A stretch of 59,657 bases of DNA, filler included. It is 5 parts of 5 records of this genome, joined end to end, with 100 filler letters (N's around TTAATTAATTAA, not from the genome) between each part and the next. Parts side by side here need not be neighbours in the genome. Positions count along the whole stretch, not along the records: positions 33,033 to 45,546 come from SRR22947727_222; positions 45,647 to 53,183 come from SRR22947727_228; positions 53,284 to 59,657 come from SRR22947727_240; 2 more parts are not named here. One strand, given 5' to 3'. A program made the translations under genes and the position numbers. The stretch's first letter is position 1. Every line of letters begins with the position of its first letter. Below, in pieces: positions 42,301 to 53,284 of the stretch. Under the pieces are notes generated by a model. The model saw only the letters and a program-made list of their open reading frames with translations, ran no database searches and was not told where the DNA came from.

Positions 42301-42502
42301 TTTTAATATTAAAAGAAAAGTTTATTACAAAAACTACTAAAATAAGTTCAAACCAAGTAGCATTATAAATCAAAATTTTAGCTGTTACCGTTCCATAATC
42401 ATTTTCAATAAAAGTTCCTATTGCCATGGCTAATGCATAAACAATAAATAAAAAGGCAGTAAGTTGGGTTGATACTAGAAAAGAAATTAATTTTTTACCC
42501 AT
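39377..42502 (-). CDS. ccsA: System II cytochrome c biogenesis protein, fused CcsB/ResB-CcsA
   Basis: N-terminal ResB-like region (GTFIEN, LHIS, RFFQAS) and C-terminal WWD domain WGRYWGWDPKETW...SGLHSYA. Confidence 0.92.
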   Translation of the reverse strand: MGKKLISFLVSTQLTAFLFIVYALAMAIGTFIENDYGTVTAKILIYNATWFELILVVFVINFSFNIKRYNLLKLNKWPVLMLHISWILIILGAGVTRYIGYEGVMPIRENTSSNTFLSQKTYLTAIVDGEIDDVVNRRMLQDDFLFSEFTNNNFSWNYDLKGQDFTIEYVDFIENAKEGLVEDESGEKYLKIVEASKGNRHEHFLKFGEVTSVHNILFALNKPTEGAINISDYNGDLIINSPFDGDFMRMADQMQGDLKQNTDQVLQLRSLYNTAGLQFVFPNPVINGRFEIIKSDEETQQDGLFLKVSSNGDSKEIGLLGAKGIVNDPKKIEVGGLEFLLKYGSLENKLPFEIKLNDFIAEKYPGTEKSYSSFMSKVTVIDEDTFDYDIYMNHILNHSGFRFFQASFDPDEKGTVLSVNHDYFGTLITYIGYFLLYIGLLGIMFFGKTRFKDLAKQLEKVKIKKQNLTLIFVLFSGLVFSQDLHDHQQKINIKQIDSIIINNPIDKLHAAEFGSLVIQDSGGRMKPLNTFASEILRKVSYSDSYKNLNADQFLLSITKDPLLWYNVPIIYLKRGNDSLRKIIGINNKDKYAAFVDFFDEKGNYKIAKQLERSYKSALPNAFEKDFIETDRKVNLLFSALDGKILTIFPIPNDVNNKWVSFKDLNTNDFKGIDSLYVKNILPLYIGSLKNDVEINDYANSTKILESIKGFQNKYGSSVLPSEDKINAEILYNKYDIFRSLFSWYMYVGTFMFIFLIFQIFNDKKFLNYLIVISKYSIVLLFIIHTLGLIARWYISGHAPWSDAYESMIYLAWATVGIGLAFGRKSDLTLASTSFVAAMILMISHWNWMDPEIANLVPVLDSYWLMIHVSVIVGSYGPLTLGMILGIVSLFLILITNDKNKKKIDLNLKELTIINELTITVGLIMLTIGNFLGGQWANESWGRYWGWDPKETWALISIMIYAFILHMRLIPGLRGKWIFNLMSIIAYASILMTYFGVNFYLSGLHSYASGDKIITPDFVYYSALFVFILGFASYFKHKKYFK

Positions 42503-43863
42503 TTATTTGTGAAATTACAATCTTGGTTGTCTTTATTAATATTAATGTATGTATCCTCGATTTTCTCGATCATCCAACTTTGAATTCTTTTAAGTTGTTT
42601 TTCTTTGAGAGCTAATTCTTTAATTTTTATAAAATCCTGAGAATAGTCAGCAATGTGTTCATCAAATCTATTACTGACTTTTAATATTTTATATTTTTTC
42701 ACACCTCTCTGATCTTCATCTAATAACGGCATTGATATTTCATTGTCCTTTAATCTTTGTGCTTGACTGTATAGTACTGGATCCATTTTTGTTAACTCAA
42801 AACGAGTGTCTCCTGTTGTTGGGTTGATTAAAACACCTCCATTACTTCTAGTCTCAATTTCATCAGAAAGCTCTTTAGCTGCTTCAGTGAATGTCAGTTC
42901 ACCATCGACAATTCTTTTTCTAATTAAATCAATAGTTCTTTTAGCTTCAATAATGGCTTCATTGGTAACATCTGGAATTAATAGTATATGTCGAGCATCA
43001 ACTTCTTGTCCTCTTATTTTTTCAACTTTTACAATATGCCAACCGCTTTCAGTTTCGAAAGGATCGGAGACTTCACCCTCCCTTAACCTGTAGACTGCAT
43101 CTCTAAATTCTTTATGCATTGTTGGTCTATTTCTATTTAGAGTATACATACCACCAGTTGCTCTAGATCCAGGATCTTGAGAGTACAAAATTGCCTTTGT
43201 TGCAAATGATGAACCGTTTACTACAATATCGTTCTTTATAGTTTCTAATCTTCTAATAACTTTATTCTTTTCATCATCAGAAACTTCTGGATTTATAACA
43301 ATTTGAGCTAATTCTAATTCAGCTCCAAACACTGGTCTTTCATATTTAGGAATAGAATAAAAGAATTGTCGAACTTCATCTGGTGTAATTTCAATTTCTT
43401 CAACTATTTTGTTCTGCATAAGCTCAGAGAGTTGTCTAACTTTATTTATTTCAAATAATTCTGATCTAAAAACTTGTTCATCATTTTTTTTATAAAATTC
43501 AAGAACTTTCTCAATGCTTCCAATTTGATCAACAAAATAATCTATAGTTCTATCTACGTAGGAATAAATAGAATTATTATCGACCTGTAAACTATCTTGC
43601 TCGGCATGGTGAGCATAAAGTTTATCTTCCATTAGCTTTCCTAATAGACTACATCTTGTAATATTTTGAGTTGATACACCTTGAGATTGAAGGTCAATAA
43701 GCGTTTTATCGACATCAGATTCTAAAATAACGTAATCACCAACTACAGCTGAAACTCCATCAATCTTGATTTTTGTCAGAAAATTATTACTCTCTGTTTC
43801 TTGACTAAATCCGATAGTAGTAAAAAATAAAATTATTAAAAAGTAATTATTAATTGGTTTCAT
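42487..43863 (-). CDS. SurA-like parvulin peptidyl-prolyl isomerase
   Basis: IDGVSAVVGDYVILESD N-domain; two parvulin domains (SQDPGS...GG, FETESGWHIV, RHILL). Confidence 0.88.
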   Translation of the reverse strand: MKPINNYFLIILFFTTIGFSQETESNNFLTKIKIDGVSAVVGDYVILESDVDKTLIDLQSQGVSTQNITRCSLLGKLMEDKLYAHHAEQDSLQVDNNSIYSYVDRTIDYFVDQIGSIEKVLEFYKKNDEQVFRSELFEINKVRQLSELMQNKIVEEIEITPDEVRQFFYSIPKYERPVFGAELELAQIVINPEVSDDEKNKVIRRLETIKNDIVVNGSSFATKAILYSQDPGSRATGGMYTLNRNRPTMHKEFRDAVYRLREGEVSDPFETESGWHIVKVEKIRGQEVDARHILLIPDVTNEAIIEAKRTIDLIRKRIVDGELTFTEAAKELSDEIETRSNGGVLINPTTGDTRFELTKMDPVLYSQAQRLKDNEISMPLLDEDQRGVKKYKILKVSNRFDEHIADYSQDFIKIKELALKEKQLKRIQSWMIEKIEDTYININKDNQDCNFTNKWVKN

Positions 43864-44698
43864 AAAATTCTAATTCATTTTGTTGAAGAGCATCTTCTAT
43901 TATTTCGTTTTCAAATTTACTAATAAACTCTAGTTTTTTCTTGTTTAAAAGCACTTGTTTTAAAGTCGATTTGATATAATCAAATGGAGCAATATCATTT
44001 TTAAGTTTATAATCTTTTATGTTAATCAAATATAGTTCCAAAGAATCTTGTAATCTATAAAATAACTTATTTTTAACAATATTTTGTTTTAATCTATCAT
44101 TAATCTCAGGGATTTTATTAAAAAACACATCTTTATTAATCCATAAAGAGTCATTAAAATAATATGAGGAAAATTGTAATGATATTGAGTCTAAAAATAT
44201 TTTATCACTTTGTTTAAATCTTCTGAATCTTTTAACTACGTCTTTTAAATTATAATTTTCACTATTTATTTTTAAATACCTAGCATTGATTATTTCCTGA
44301 TTAAGTTTAAAATTTAGTTTATTCAAATTGTAATATTCTCTTACAGATTCCAGTGAAATAAAAGTATCTATTGCAGATTTAACTATCTTTTCCTGGTAAG
44401 CATATGAAAATAATTCATTTTTATAAGACTCTATTAGTTGATTTAAATTTTCCTGCTTTTCATCTCCCAAATTTACAAGAGCTTTTTTAAATAGTAATTT
44501 TTCTTTTGCCCAGTCGTCAATACGATTTTTAACAAAAATCACACTGTCTTCTTCGTTAAGTCCTGTAGGAAAGACTTCAATTAAATCGGATGTATAATAA
44601 AACTCATCTCCCAACCTAGCTAAAACTTTATCAGGTTTATTTTCTATAAAATCGCAGCTAACAAATAAGAAACTAATTAAAAATAAATATACTTTCAA
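43850..44698 (-). CDS. Lipoprotein, foldase/PPIase-associated
   Basis: Lipobox FVSC, VLARLG; lies between guaB and the SurA-like gene, as in Bacteroidota. Confidence 0.7.
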   Translation of the reverse strand: MKVYLFLISFLFVSCDFIENKPDKVLARLGDEFYYTSDLIEVFPTGLNEEDSVIFVKNRIDDWAKEKLLFKKALVNLGDEKQENLNQLIESYKNELFSYAYQEKIVKSAIDTFISLESVREYYNLNKLNFKLNQEIINARYLKINSENYNLKDVVKRFRRFKQSDKIFLDSISLQFSSYYFNDSLWINKDVFFNKIPEINDRLKQNIVKNKLFYRLQDSLELYLINIKDYKLKNDIAPFDYIKSTLKQVLLNKKKLEFISKFENEIIEDALQQNELEFYETN

Positions 44699-44705
44699 AA
44701 TAAAA

Positions 44706-45546
<841 letters not shown>

Positions 45547-45646
45547 NNNNNNNNNNNNNNNNNNNNNNNNNNNNNNNNNNNNNNNNNNNNTTAATTAATT
45601 AANNNNNNNNNNNNNNNNNNNNNNNNNNNNNNNNNNNNNNNNNNNN
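45547..45646. other. Artificial contig linker
   Basis: 44 N + TTAATTAATTAA + 44 N. Confidence 0.99.
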
Positions 45647-45931
45647 GGGCTTGAAGTAGTCGGTCCAAAGGATCAAGAGTTCTTTCTTGGTCTTTTGGGC
45701 TTCATCTTCCTTGACCGCAACGAAGCGAGCAAAGGTGTTGAGAGCAGCGTGGTGGTCTCCAGCAGAAGCAGGAGCCTCAAGCGCCTTGAGCTTCTTGGTC
45801 ATCGCGAGCACTGCTTCAGCGTGAACACGAGCTGAAGCAGGGTCATACACACCGCAGGGTCCGTCGCAGTGGGCTTCAACGGTGGAAGCGGGCAAGGAGC
45901 GAACGATCGCTGATAGAGCCGAGCGAAGCAT
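45647..45931 (-). CDS. sodN: Nickel superoxide dismutase precursor, 3'-truncated
   Basis: 20-aa leader followed by the Ni-hook HCDGPCGVYDP; LWTDYFKP. Confidence 0.96.
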
Positions 45932-45990
45932 CGGGTTTGAAACAGAATTTTCGGTTCGACAAGCCTACCTATGGATGACCTTCTTAGGGA

Positions 45991-46605
45991 TCACTTTTTG
46001 ATGTCTAGTAGTTCCACTTCAAAAATCAGGGTTGCGTTTGGAGGGATCACGCGGCCTACACCACGCTTGCCGTAGCCGAGGTCAGGGGGGATCACCAGCT
46101 TGCGCTTTCCGCCCACTTTCATGCCTTGCACGCCTTCATCCCAACCCTTGATCACCCGACCGGCCCCAAGCGGAAATTCAAACGGGGTGCCACGGTCATA
46201 GCTGGCATCAAATTGCGTGCCGTCTTCGAGGGTGCCGCGGTAGTTCACCACCACGTTTTGTCCAGAGCTGGCTACGTCACCAGTGCCCACAACGAGATCG
46301 GTGATTTTTAGGCCACTCGCGGTGACCTGAGGTTTCTCTGCTTCCATCGGACCGCCGAGGGCTGAGGCGTCAGCCAGGTTGGTATCGGGAGCCATCGCAA
46401 ACAAAGTGGGATTGGGGTTGTCGGGGTCGAGTTCCATGGGATTGGCCACGGCCTGAACGACAGCCTCTTGGACAGTCGTCGCATTGCTGCTGGCCATGGT
46501 GGATGGCGTTGCGGCAATCACCGTGGAGGGCGACACCAATTGGCTGATGAACGCCACCATCAGACAGGACACAAACACAGCGGTGCTGATCAAGATCTCG
46601 CGCAC
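45991..46605 (-). CDS. FKBP-type peptidyl-prolyl isomerase
   Basis: [41 protein letters not shown]. Confidence 0.95.
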   Translation of the reverse strand: MREILISTAVFVSCLMVAFISQLVSPSTVIAATPSTMASSNATTVQEAVVQAVANPMELDPDNPNPTLFAMAPDTNLADASALGGPMEAEKPQVTASGLKITDLVVGTGDVASSGQNVVVNYRGTLEDGTQFDASYDRGTPFEFPLGAGRVIKGWDEGVQGMKVGGKRKLVIPPDLGYGKRGVGRVIPPNATLIFEVELLDIKK

Positions 46606-46639
46606 AGATTTCTGCTCGATTCAATCCAATTCTGGCAGT

Positions 46640-46969
46640 TCATTCCTCGCGCTCTTTCTGGCGTAACTGCTGCTCAAGGCGATCGATTCTTCCGCGCAGC
46701 TCATCCAGTTCTCGCTGACTGGCCAAACCGAGGTCCTGGATGATGTTGTCGCGATTGCGTTCGAGGTTGCGGCCCATCTGCTGCTCGAGTTCTGGTGTTT
46801 CGCCGCGCAAAGCCTTGAGCACATCGTCCACAAGGGCCGAGGCATGGGTTGAATCAAGGCGGCCGCTGCTTACCCATTCCTGGGTGACGTAACGCAGCCG
46901 ATCGGCAACAAGCGTTGTGGTGCCGAGTCCTCGAAGAAGAAGCTGTTGCAGGGGATTACCGGTATCCAT
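46640..46969 (-). CDS. Phasin-like coiled-coil hypothetical protein, 109 aa
   Basis: MDTGNPLQQLLLRGLG...LGLASQRELDELRGRIDRLE; the C-terminal part of the 306-aa track ORF, whose upstream part is an antisense shadow of lnt. Confidence 0.75.
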   Translation of the reverse strand: MDTGNPLQQLLLRGLGTTTLVADRLRYVTQEWVSSGRLDSTHASALVDDVLKALRGETPELEQQMGRNLERNRDNIIQDLGLASQRELDELRGRIDRLEQQLRQKEREE

Positions 46970-47021
46970 AGCCATACGGGCGCGTCTGGATTCAGGATGG
47001 CTTGATCTCCCGCCACTGACC

Positions 47022-48539
47022 ATGGGAAATGACCGATCCCTGGTGCTTTTGCAGGGGCTGCTGGGGGGACTGTTGGCAGGCGTTGCCCTGACGATGTCGG
47101 GCCCTTGGTGGATGGTGCCGGCTCTGGCGCTGCTCTGGGCCGCGTCTCCTAGTTCTCTGGCCTCCGCGCTCTGGGGTGGAGTGGCCGTCCTCGTGAGCCA
47201 TCGCTGGTTGCTGGGGTTGCATCCCTTGATGTGGATCGGTGTTCCCGCCTGGCTCAGCCTGCCAGTGGCTGCTGGGATCTGGTTGGCCTGTGCCCTGCTG
47301 GCCGCCCTGTTGCTGGCCTGTTGGAGTGGTCTTGTGAACCGCCTGCCCTTGCGGGGAAGCTTGAGCCATGCCGTGCTGGCTGCGGCTGTTTGGGGGTTGG
47401 CGGAAGTGGCCCTATCGCAAAGCCCTGTGTTTTGGATTGGCGTCGGTGGCAGTGTGCTCCCGGCCGATCCACCCCTCGCTGCGTTGAGTCGCTGGATCGG
47501 TGAGGGCGGACTGGCTGCTCTGCAACTGCTGCTCGGCTGGTGGCTGTGGCGTTTGCTCACGATGTCTCGTAGAGACTCGGGTTGGCCTGGACTGCTCGCT
47601 GGCGGCCTGCTGAGCCTTGTTGTTGTTCACGGGGTAGGGGCCCGGCTGCTGCAGACCCCTTCAACAATTGGAGGGGAAGCCGATCTGTCGGAGTACAGCG
47701 TTGGCCTCTGGCAACCCGCCATTCCCACCCGTGAAAAATTTTCTGCGCAACGCCAACGGGATCTGCCCGGACGCCTACAAGCTGCGCTTCAAGAGGCTGA
47801 TGCCGCTGCTGCGGACTGGCTGATGGCACCAGAAGGCACATTGCCGCTCAACGATTCCCTCAGCGCACCGGCTCCGATTCCATTGATGAGCGGGGGGTTT
47901 CGCTGGTCGCGGGGACGTCAGCACAGCGCCATGGTTTTGGTGGAGGCTGGAGGCACCACTCCGGTGGCCTCGATTGATAAGCATCGACTGGTTCCATTGG
48001 GGGAGTGGGTTCCGTCCTGGCCAGGCCTCAGCGGCCTTTCGGCCATCGGCGGCCTGGAGGCTGGAGAGCCATCCAGGCTGTGGAGTTGGGGTGGTCCACC
48101 CGCTGCCGTTGCCATCTGCTACGAGATCAGCAATGGAGCGGCCTTAGCTCGCGCCGTTGCTGATGGGGCGGAGTGGATCCTTGCTGCAGCCAACCTTGAC
48201 CCCTATCCCCGCCTCCTTCAGCAGCAGTATTTGGCTTTGGCTCAGCTGCGCAGTTTGGAAACGGCCAGACCGCTGCTATCAACAGCGAATACCGGTCCAA
48301 CGGCCATGATCCGAGCGAATGGGCAGGTTGCACAGCGCTTGGCGTCGTTTGATCCAGGCCTGTTGGTGGTGCCATTTCAACCCCGTAAGGGTTTGACGGG
48401 ATATGTGCGCTGGGGAGAGGCTCCCCTGCTGTTGATCATCGGAGCCTCGTCGCTGATGTTGATCAAATCGGCGAGTCGATCAGGCCCCCGCCCAGCACGG
48501 CCTCGCCGTCGTAAAACACCGCCCCTTGACCAGGCGTGA
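47022..48539 (+). CDS. lnt: Apolipoprotein N-acyltransferase
   Basis: Multiple TMs plus nitrilase triad APEG / KHRLVPLGE / ICYE; start re-assigned to ATG 47022. Confidence 0.9.
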   Translation: MGNDRSLVLLQGLLGGLLAGVALTMSGPWWMVPALALLWAASPSSLASALWGGVAVLVSHRWLLGLHPLMWIGVPAWLSLPVAAGIWLACALLAALLLACWSGLVNRLPLRGSLSHAVLAAAVWGLAEVALSQSPVFWIGVGGSVLPADPPLAALSRWIGEGGLAALQLLLGWWLWRLLTMSRRDSGWPGLLAGGLLSLVVVHGVGARLLQTPSTIGGEADLSEYSVGLWQPAIPTREKFSAQRQRDLPGRLQAALQEADAAAADWLMAPEGTLPLNDSLSAPAPIPLMSGGFRWSRGRQHSAMVLVEAGGTTPVASIDKHRLVPLGEWVPSWPGLSGLSAIGGLEAGEPSRLWSWGGPPAAVAICYEISNGAALARAVADGAEWILAAANLDPYPRLLQQQYLALAQLRSLETARPLLSTANTGPTAMIRANGQVAQRLASFDPGLLVVPFQPRKGLTGYVRWGEAPLLLIIGASSLMLIKSASRSGPRPARPRRRKTPPLDQA

Positions 48540-49620
48540 TCGAAAACTGTGGCTCCTGGAAGGTGAGCTTGCAGCGATGAGGGCGATCTCCGGCTTGATC
48601 TTCAGCATTGGCTTCGATGCAGGTGAGATGGGCACTCACGGGTTCGCTGCGGTAGCGCACTTGCACCTCCACCTCCATGGCTGAGCCGAGTGGGGGTGCG
48701 GCGATCGAGACCCAGTTCACAGCGCCAACCTCGCAGCCTGTGCGGCCAGCTTCTGCCCTCGTGGCGACCACCACCTGGTTCATGGCGGCATCGAGTTTCA
48801 CCACATGTAGCGGTTCACTCCAGGCAATTCCTAAGCCTTTGCGCTGACCAATGGTGAAGTGTTCAATGCCGTCGTGCTGTCCGACCACCGTTCCGTCTTG
48901 CAAAACGATTTCGCCGTCTCGTGGCGGAAGGTAGGCATCAAGGAACGCGCGCATGGAGCCGTGGTGATCGGCCAGGCAAAGGTCTTGGCTTTCTGGCTTG
49001 TCGGCGGTGCGTAATCCGTGGCGCCCGGCTTCAAGGCGGGTGTCGGCCTTGGTGAGTTCGCCGAGTGGGAAGACCACGCGCGCCAAGACCTCCTGGGGCA
49101 GGTCATAGAGGAAATAACTCTGGTCTTTGCGGCTGTCGAGACCTCGCAACAGCTTCCAGCGGCCGTTTTCCTGGTCCAGACGGATGCGGGCGTAATGACC
49201 TGTGGCGATCCTGGGAAGATTGCGTTCCCGTTCGGCCCAGGCGAGCATCGGCCCGAATTTCACAGCCCGGTTGCATTTCGAACAGGGCAGGGGTGTGATG
49301 CCAGCCCGGTAGCCATCCACCAATCCTTGAACGATTTCGCGAACGAACGTATCCCTTGAATCCACCACGTGGTGGGGCACCCCGAGTTGTTCACAGATTC
49401 CGGCAGCATCCACCAAGCCTTCGGCGCAGCATGCTCCTTTACCGCTCATCAGCCAGAGCGTGAGGCCCTCCACCTCCCAGCCGGCTTCCACCATCAATGC
49501 TGCGGTGAGTGAGCTGTCCACCCCGCCGGAAAGGCCGACGGCCACACGATGCTCTCCAGGCCATTGGCGCAATCGCTCCAGGGCCTCGGCACCGGCTGGG
49601 GTTGCTGTGAGGGTGCTCAT
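48463..49620 (-). CDS. mnmA: tRNA 2-thiouridylase
   Basis: SGGVDSS PP-loop, [30 protein letters not shown]; start approximate (49620 or 49623). Confidence 0.95.
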   Translation of the reverse strand: MSTLTATPAGAEALERLRQWPGEHRVAVGLSGGVDSSLTAALMVEAGWEVEGLTLWLMSGKGACCAEGLVDAAGICEQLGVPHHVVDSRDTFVREIVQGLVDGYRAGITPLPCSKCNRAVKFGPMLAWAERERNLPRIATGHYARIRLDQENGRWKLLRGLDSRKDQSYFLYDLPQEVLARVVFPLGELTKADTRLEAGRHGLRTADKPESQDLCLADHHGSMRAFLDAYLPPRDGEIVLQDGTVVGQHDGIEHFTIGQRKGLGIAWSEPLHVVKLDAAMNQVVVATRAEAGRTGCEVGAVNWVSIAAPPLGSAMEVEVQVRYRSEPVSAHLTCIEANAEDQAGDRPHRCKLTFQEPQFSITPGQGAVFYDGEAVLGGGLIDSPI

Positions 49621-49665
49621 CATGGCCTCGGCCGACATGGGCGGGCATCGCTGTATCACTCCATA

Positions 49666-51243
49666 GTGAGGGCCCCGTCTGTTTTTGGCTTGGTCTGGCC
49701 TCGTCTAGATGCGGAGCACTGGCTAGTCAGTGCCGAACAAATGTTGGCCTTGGAGCAGGAATGGCTGGGCAGTGGTTTGCCCGTTGCCGCCTTGATGGAG
49801 GCCGTTGGCCAAGCGATGGCTGAGTGGTGTCTTCAGAGGCCAAAGCGTTTGGAGCAGGGAGTATTGGTGTTGGTGGGACCAGGCCACAACGGTGGTGATG
49901 GGTTGGTGGTGGCCCGGCGTCTGCTGCATGCCGGAGTGGAGGTCAGGCTGTGGGCGCCGCTGCCGCTCCGGCAAGCACTCACCCAAACGCATTGGCGTCA
50001 TCTCGAGTGGCTTGGCACATCAGTTTTGAAGACGGATCCGGATCCAAGGGATTCAGGTCTCTGGGTGGAAGCTCTGTTTGGCTTGGGACAACACCGTCCA
50101 CTACCGGAAGCATTGGCGTTGTTGCTAAGCGAACGCGAGCGTGTTCAGCCCGGCCGGCTGATCAGCTTGGATGTGCCTGCGGGGATGCATTCCAACCACG
50201 GCCGGGTCGAGGCAGGCGGAGGGGCGGTGGCCTCCGACACGTTGTGCGTGGGCCTGGTGAAACGGGGGTTGGTTCAGGACGCAGCTCTGGCCAACGTGGG
50301 GCGGGTGCATCGCTTGGATCCGGGTGTCCCCTCCCAGTTGATCGAGCAACTGAGGCCAGCGGCTGTGCTGCGGGTGATGGCAAAGGATCTGGCAACCCTG
50401 CCGGTTCCCCAAGATGCGCCAACCGCGATGAAATATCAGCGCGGCCGTGTGCTGTTGGTGGCAGGAAGCGAGCGCTATCGCGGCGCAGCACTCCTGGCGG
50501 CACAAGGGGCCATGGCCAGTGGGGTGGGAAGTCTTAGAGCGGCCTTGCCTGAGGCTGTTGCTGATGCCATCTGGCAATGGATTCCTGAGTTGGTGCTGTC
50601 GGCGGGATTGCCAGCTGCCGCCTCGGGGGGGTTGGCCTGGGGGCCATGGCTGGCTGATGACGATCTCTCTCGCTTGGATGCGCTGTTGCTGGGGCCTGGG
50701 ATTGGTGCGTTAAACGGGCAGTGGGATGCCTGGGCAGAGCCCTTGCTGTCGTTTGAGGGGCTGCTCGTCCTCGATGCCGATGGGCTCAATGCCTTGGCCG
50801 CCTCGAAGCACGGCTGGCGCTGGCTTTGCCGGCGTGAGTTCCCAACCTGGATCACCCCGCATCCCAGCGAATTTGCAAGGCTTTTCCCTGACTTCAGCAG
50901 GCTGGAGCCGCTGGAGAGCGCGCAATCGGCTGCGGCAGAAAGCGGAGCCGTTGTCTTGCTTAAGGGGGCTCATTCGGTGATTGCCGATCCGAATGGGGTG
51001 GTGCATCAACTCGTTGACACCTCGGTGCAGGTGGCTCGCACAGGCCTGGGCGATCTGTTGGCTGGATTTGCGGTGGGCTGGGGTGCGCGCTGCTGGGCTT
51101 GCGGAGAGGAGCCGCGGGGAACAGACCTTGCCGCAGCCGCTTTGCTTCATGCGGAGGCGTCACAAACCAGTGAAGAAGCCACGAGTGCCAGTGAGATTGG
51201 CAAAACCCTTGCTGCGCTCACCCGTCAGATTTGCGCGAATTAA
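49666..51243 (+). CDS. nnr: Bifunctional NAD(P)H-hydrate epimerase/dehydratase
   Basis: [15 protein letters not shown] (YjeF-N), [31 protein letters not shown]; start approximate. Confidence 0.9.
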   Translation: MRAPSVFGLVWPRLDAEHWLVSAEQMLALEQEWLGSGLPVAALMEAVGQAMAEWCLQRPKRLEQGVLVLVGPGHNGGDGLVVARRLLHAGVEVRLWAPLPLRQALTQTHWRHLEWLGTSVLKTDPDPRDSGLWVEALFGLGQHRPLPEALALLLSERERVQPGRLISLDVPAGMHSNHGRVEAGGGAVASDTLCVGLVKRGLVQDAALANVGRVHRLDPGVPSQLIEQLRPAAVLRVMAKDLATLPVPQDAPTAMKYQRGRVLLVAGSERYRGAALLAAQGAMASGVGSLRAALPEAVADAIWQWIPELVLSAGLPAAASGGLAWGPWLADDDLSRLDALLLGPGIGALNGQWDAWAEPLLSFEGLLVLDADGLNALAASKHGWRWLCRREFPTWITPHPSEFARLFPDFSRLEPLESAQSAAAESGAVVLLKGAHSVIADPNGVVHQLVDTSVQVARTGLGDLLAGFAVGWGARCWACGEEPRGTDLAAAALLHAEASQTSEEATSASEIGKTLAALTRQICAN

Positions 51244-51395
51244 TAATTAAAAAATTGATGAAGTTTGAAAATGCACACAATTCAAAACGCGCAAATGTGT
51301 CGTTTTCCTTTCACGAATATGGAGGGTTTCTGAAAACATTTGGGTTTATCGTTTTTTCATAGGAAAGTCTCTCCACGCCCAAGAGACGAGTTGAC

Positions 51396-52337
51396 ATGGT
51401 TTCCTCAACAGCTCGGACCTCCGAGACCCAGAGACGCAGAAGCAGTGACCCAATTAGTTGGTACCTCTCGACGATTGGCCGAATACCACTGCTGACCGCT
51501 GCTGAAGAAATTGAGCTTGGAAATCAGGTTCAGAAGTTCATGGAGCTCACGCAGGACGGCTCGGTCTCTGCTGACAGCGAGGAGTTCAGTTCCAAGGATC
51601 GACGCTTGATTCGCGTTGGTCAGCGTGCGAAGCAGAGGATGATGAAGGCCAATCTTCGTCTTGTGGTGAGTGTCGCGAAGAAATATCAAGGCAAAGGCCT
51701 TGAGCTTCTCGATCTCATCCAGGAGGGATCGCTGGGCTTGGAACGGGCTGTTGAGAAATTTGACCCAACCCGCGGCTATAAGTTTTCGACCTACGCCTTC
51801 TGGTGGATTCGCCAGAGCATGACGCGGGCAATCGCTTGTCAGTCACGCACCATTCGCCTCCCGGTGCACTTGAGCGAGCGTCTCACCACGATCCGCAAGG
51901 TGAGTTTGGATTTAGCTCACAAGCTCGGAGCGATGCCGAGTCGTCTCGAGATTTCAGAAGCCTTGGACATGCCTGTTGAGGAGCTCGACTCCTTGCTGCG
52001 CCAAGCGCTCACCACCAGCAGTCTTGATGCTCCCGTGAATGGAGAAGATGGTCGCAGCTTCCTTGGTGATTTGATTGCTGATTCTTCTGCGGAAGAACCA
52101 CTAGACAAGGTTGAGCAGCGCATTCACCATGAACAACTCGGCCGCTGGTTGAGTCATCTCAGTGAGCAAGAGCAACACGTGCTCACGCTCCGTTTTGGAT
52201 TAAACGGCAACGAGCGCCACACCTTGGCTCAAATTGGCCGTTTGCTCGATGTTTCGCGTGAACGTGTCCGCCAGGTGGAATTGAAGTCGCTACGTAAGTT
52301 GCGCAATCTCACCCGTCGGATGTCTCCAACGTTCTGA
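51396..52337 (+). CDS. Group 2 sigma-70 factor (RpoD/SigA family)
   Basis: YLSTIGRIPLLT, NLRLVVSVAKKY, DLIQEG, FDPTRGYKFSTYA, SRERVRQVE; lacks region 1.1. Confidence 0.95.
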   Translation: MVSSTARTSETQRRRSSDPISWYLSTIGRIPLLTAAEEIELGNQVQKFMELTQDGSVSADSEEFSSKDRRLIRVGQRAKQRMMKANLRLVVSVAKKYQGKGLELLDLIQEGSLGLERAVEKFDPTRGYKFSTYAFWWIRQSMTRAIACQSRTIRLPVHLSERLTTIRKVSLDLAHKLGAMPSRLEISEALDMPVEELDSLLRQALTTSSLDAPVNGEDGRSFLGDLIADSSAEEPLDKVEQRIHHEQLGRWLSHLSEQEQHVLTLRFGLNGNERHTLAQIGRLLDVSRERVRQVELKSLRKLRNLTRRMSPTF

Positions 52338-52507
52338 TGGATCGATGAGCTGCTGGTCATCAACGTATTTCATCACTTTTTGATGGATGTCTAGAAGCTG
52401 GAACTGCGAGTCTTATGGGGCTTCAGTTCCCAGTGGCCTACGGCGCTAGTACGAACGTTTAACAACAAGGTGATTCATTTCTGCCTTCATCTCTAGAGAC
52501 GTGACAC

Positions 52508-52714
52508 TTGACCGAACCCAAACAGCCGAACAAGCCAAGAGCGCTTACCTATACGGAAATGATGAACGGTGGCAAGCAACAAATAGATGAGGCAACGCAG
52601 CAGAGTGAGCTTGAGCTTCAGCGCAGAAAAGATCAACAGGAGCGCTCAATCGAACACCTGGAGCAGTCCTTCAAGTCTGAACCCGATCAAATTTCAGCTG
52701 GCAATGGGATCTGA
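52508..52714 (+). CDS. Small hypothetical protein, 68 aa
   Basis: TTG start; charged helical sequence (TYTEMMNGGKQQIDEA...); no recognised family. Confidence 0.5.
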   Translation: MTEPKQPNKPRALTYTEMMNGGKQQIDEATQQSELELQRRKDQQERSIEHLEQSFKSEPDQISAGNGI

Positions 52715-53183
52715 TGAGTGCGCTTGCTTGCCTTGTTGTCTCAGAATTTCTTGCCTATCTGATCGCTCAGTTCCAAAAGAGCAGCTCCTCCAGCAAACGC
52801 ACCACGGCTTGGCGTGAAGCTTCAGGGCTTGTCTTTGAAAGGGAGCTGCGATTTCAGATCTAACAGGAATACGAGACCGGAATGGAACCCAACAATGCTG
52901 ATGGGTATGCCGCATCCAGAGACTCTCTCGTTAGCCACTTGGCTTCCAATCTCTTGATGCTGTAAAACATGCGGCTGGCGATAGAACCGTCTAGGCGTGA
53001 TGCTGAGGAGTTCTTGGGTCAGCACTGCAGTCTTCTTGATCAATGGCAGGTTAAGCAGCAACAGAGATGGCAGAAACCAACAGCCCAAGGGAGAGACAAC
53101 TGAGCATGAGGCGTCATTGAGATGCAGTAAAGATTCCTCGCTTGTGCTGCTGTCCGCTGCAGTAGGCAGTTTCAGCTTTGCTG

Positions 53184-53283
53184 NNNNNNNNNNNNNNNNN
53201 NNNNNNNNNNNNNNNNNNNNNNNNNNNTTAATTAATTAANNNNNNNNNNNNNNNNNNNNNNNNNNNNNNNNNNNNNNNNNNNN
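53184..53283. other. Artificial contig linker
   Basis: 44 N + TTAATTAATTAA + 44 N. Confidence 0.99.
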
Positions 53284-53284
53284 A

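Noticed and set aside
46126-51250. Many overlapping ORFs in the GC-rich segment, including the upstream part of 46640-47560
   Set aside because: Expected from stop-codon scarcity at high GC; all overlap lnt, mnmA, nnr or FKBP.
45647-53183. GC-rich block as a horizontally acquired island
   Set aside because: It is bounded by artificial linkers and carries cyanobacterial housekeeping genes; a separate organism's contig.
52822-53183. Minus-strand frame open from the contig edge to 52822
   Set aside because: The translation has no recognisable family and competes with other short ORFs; not enough support to call a gene.
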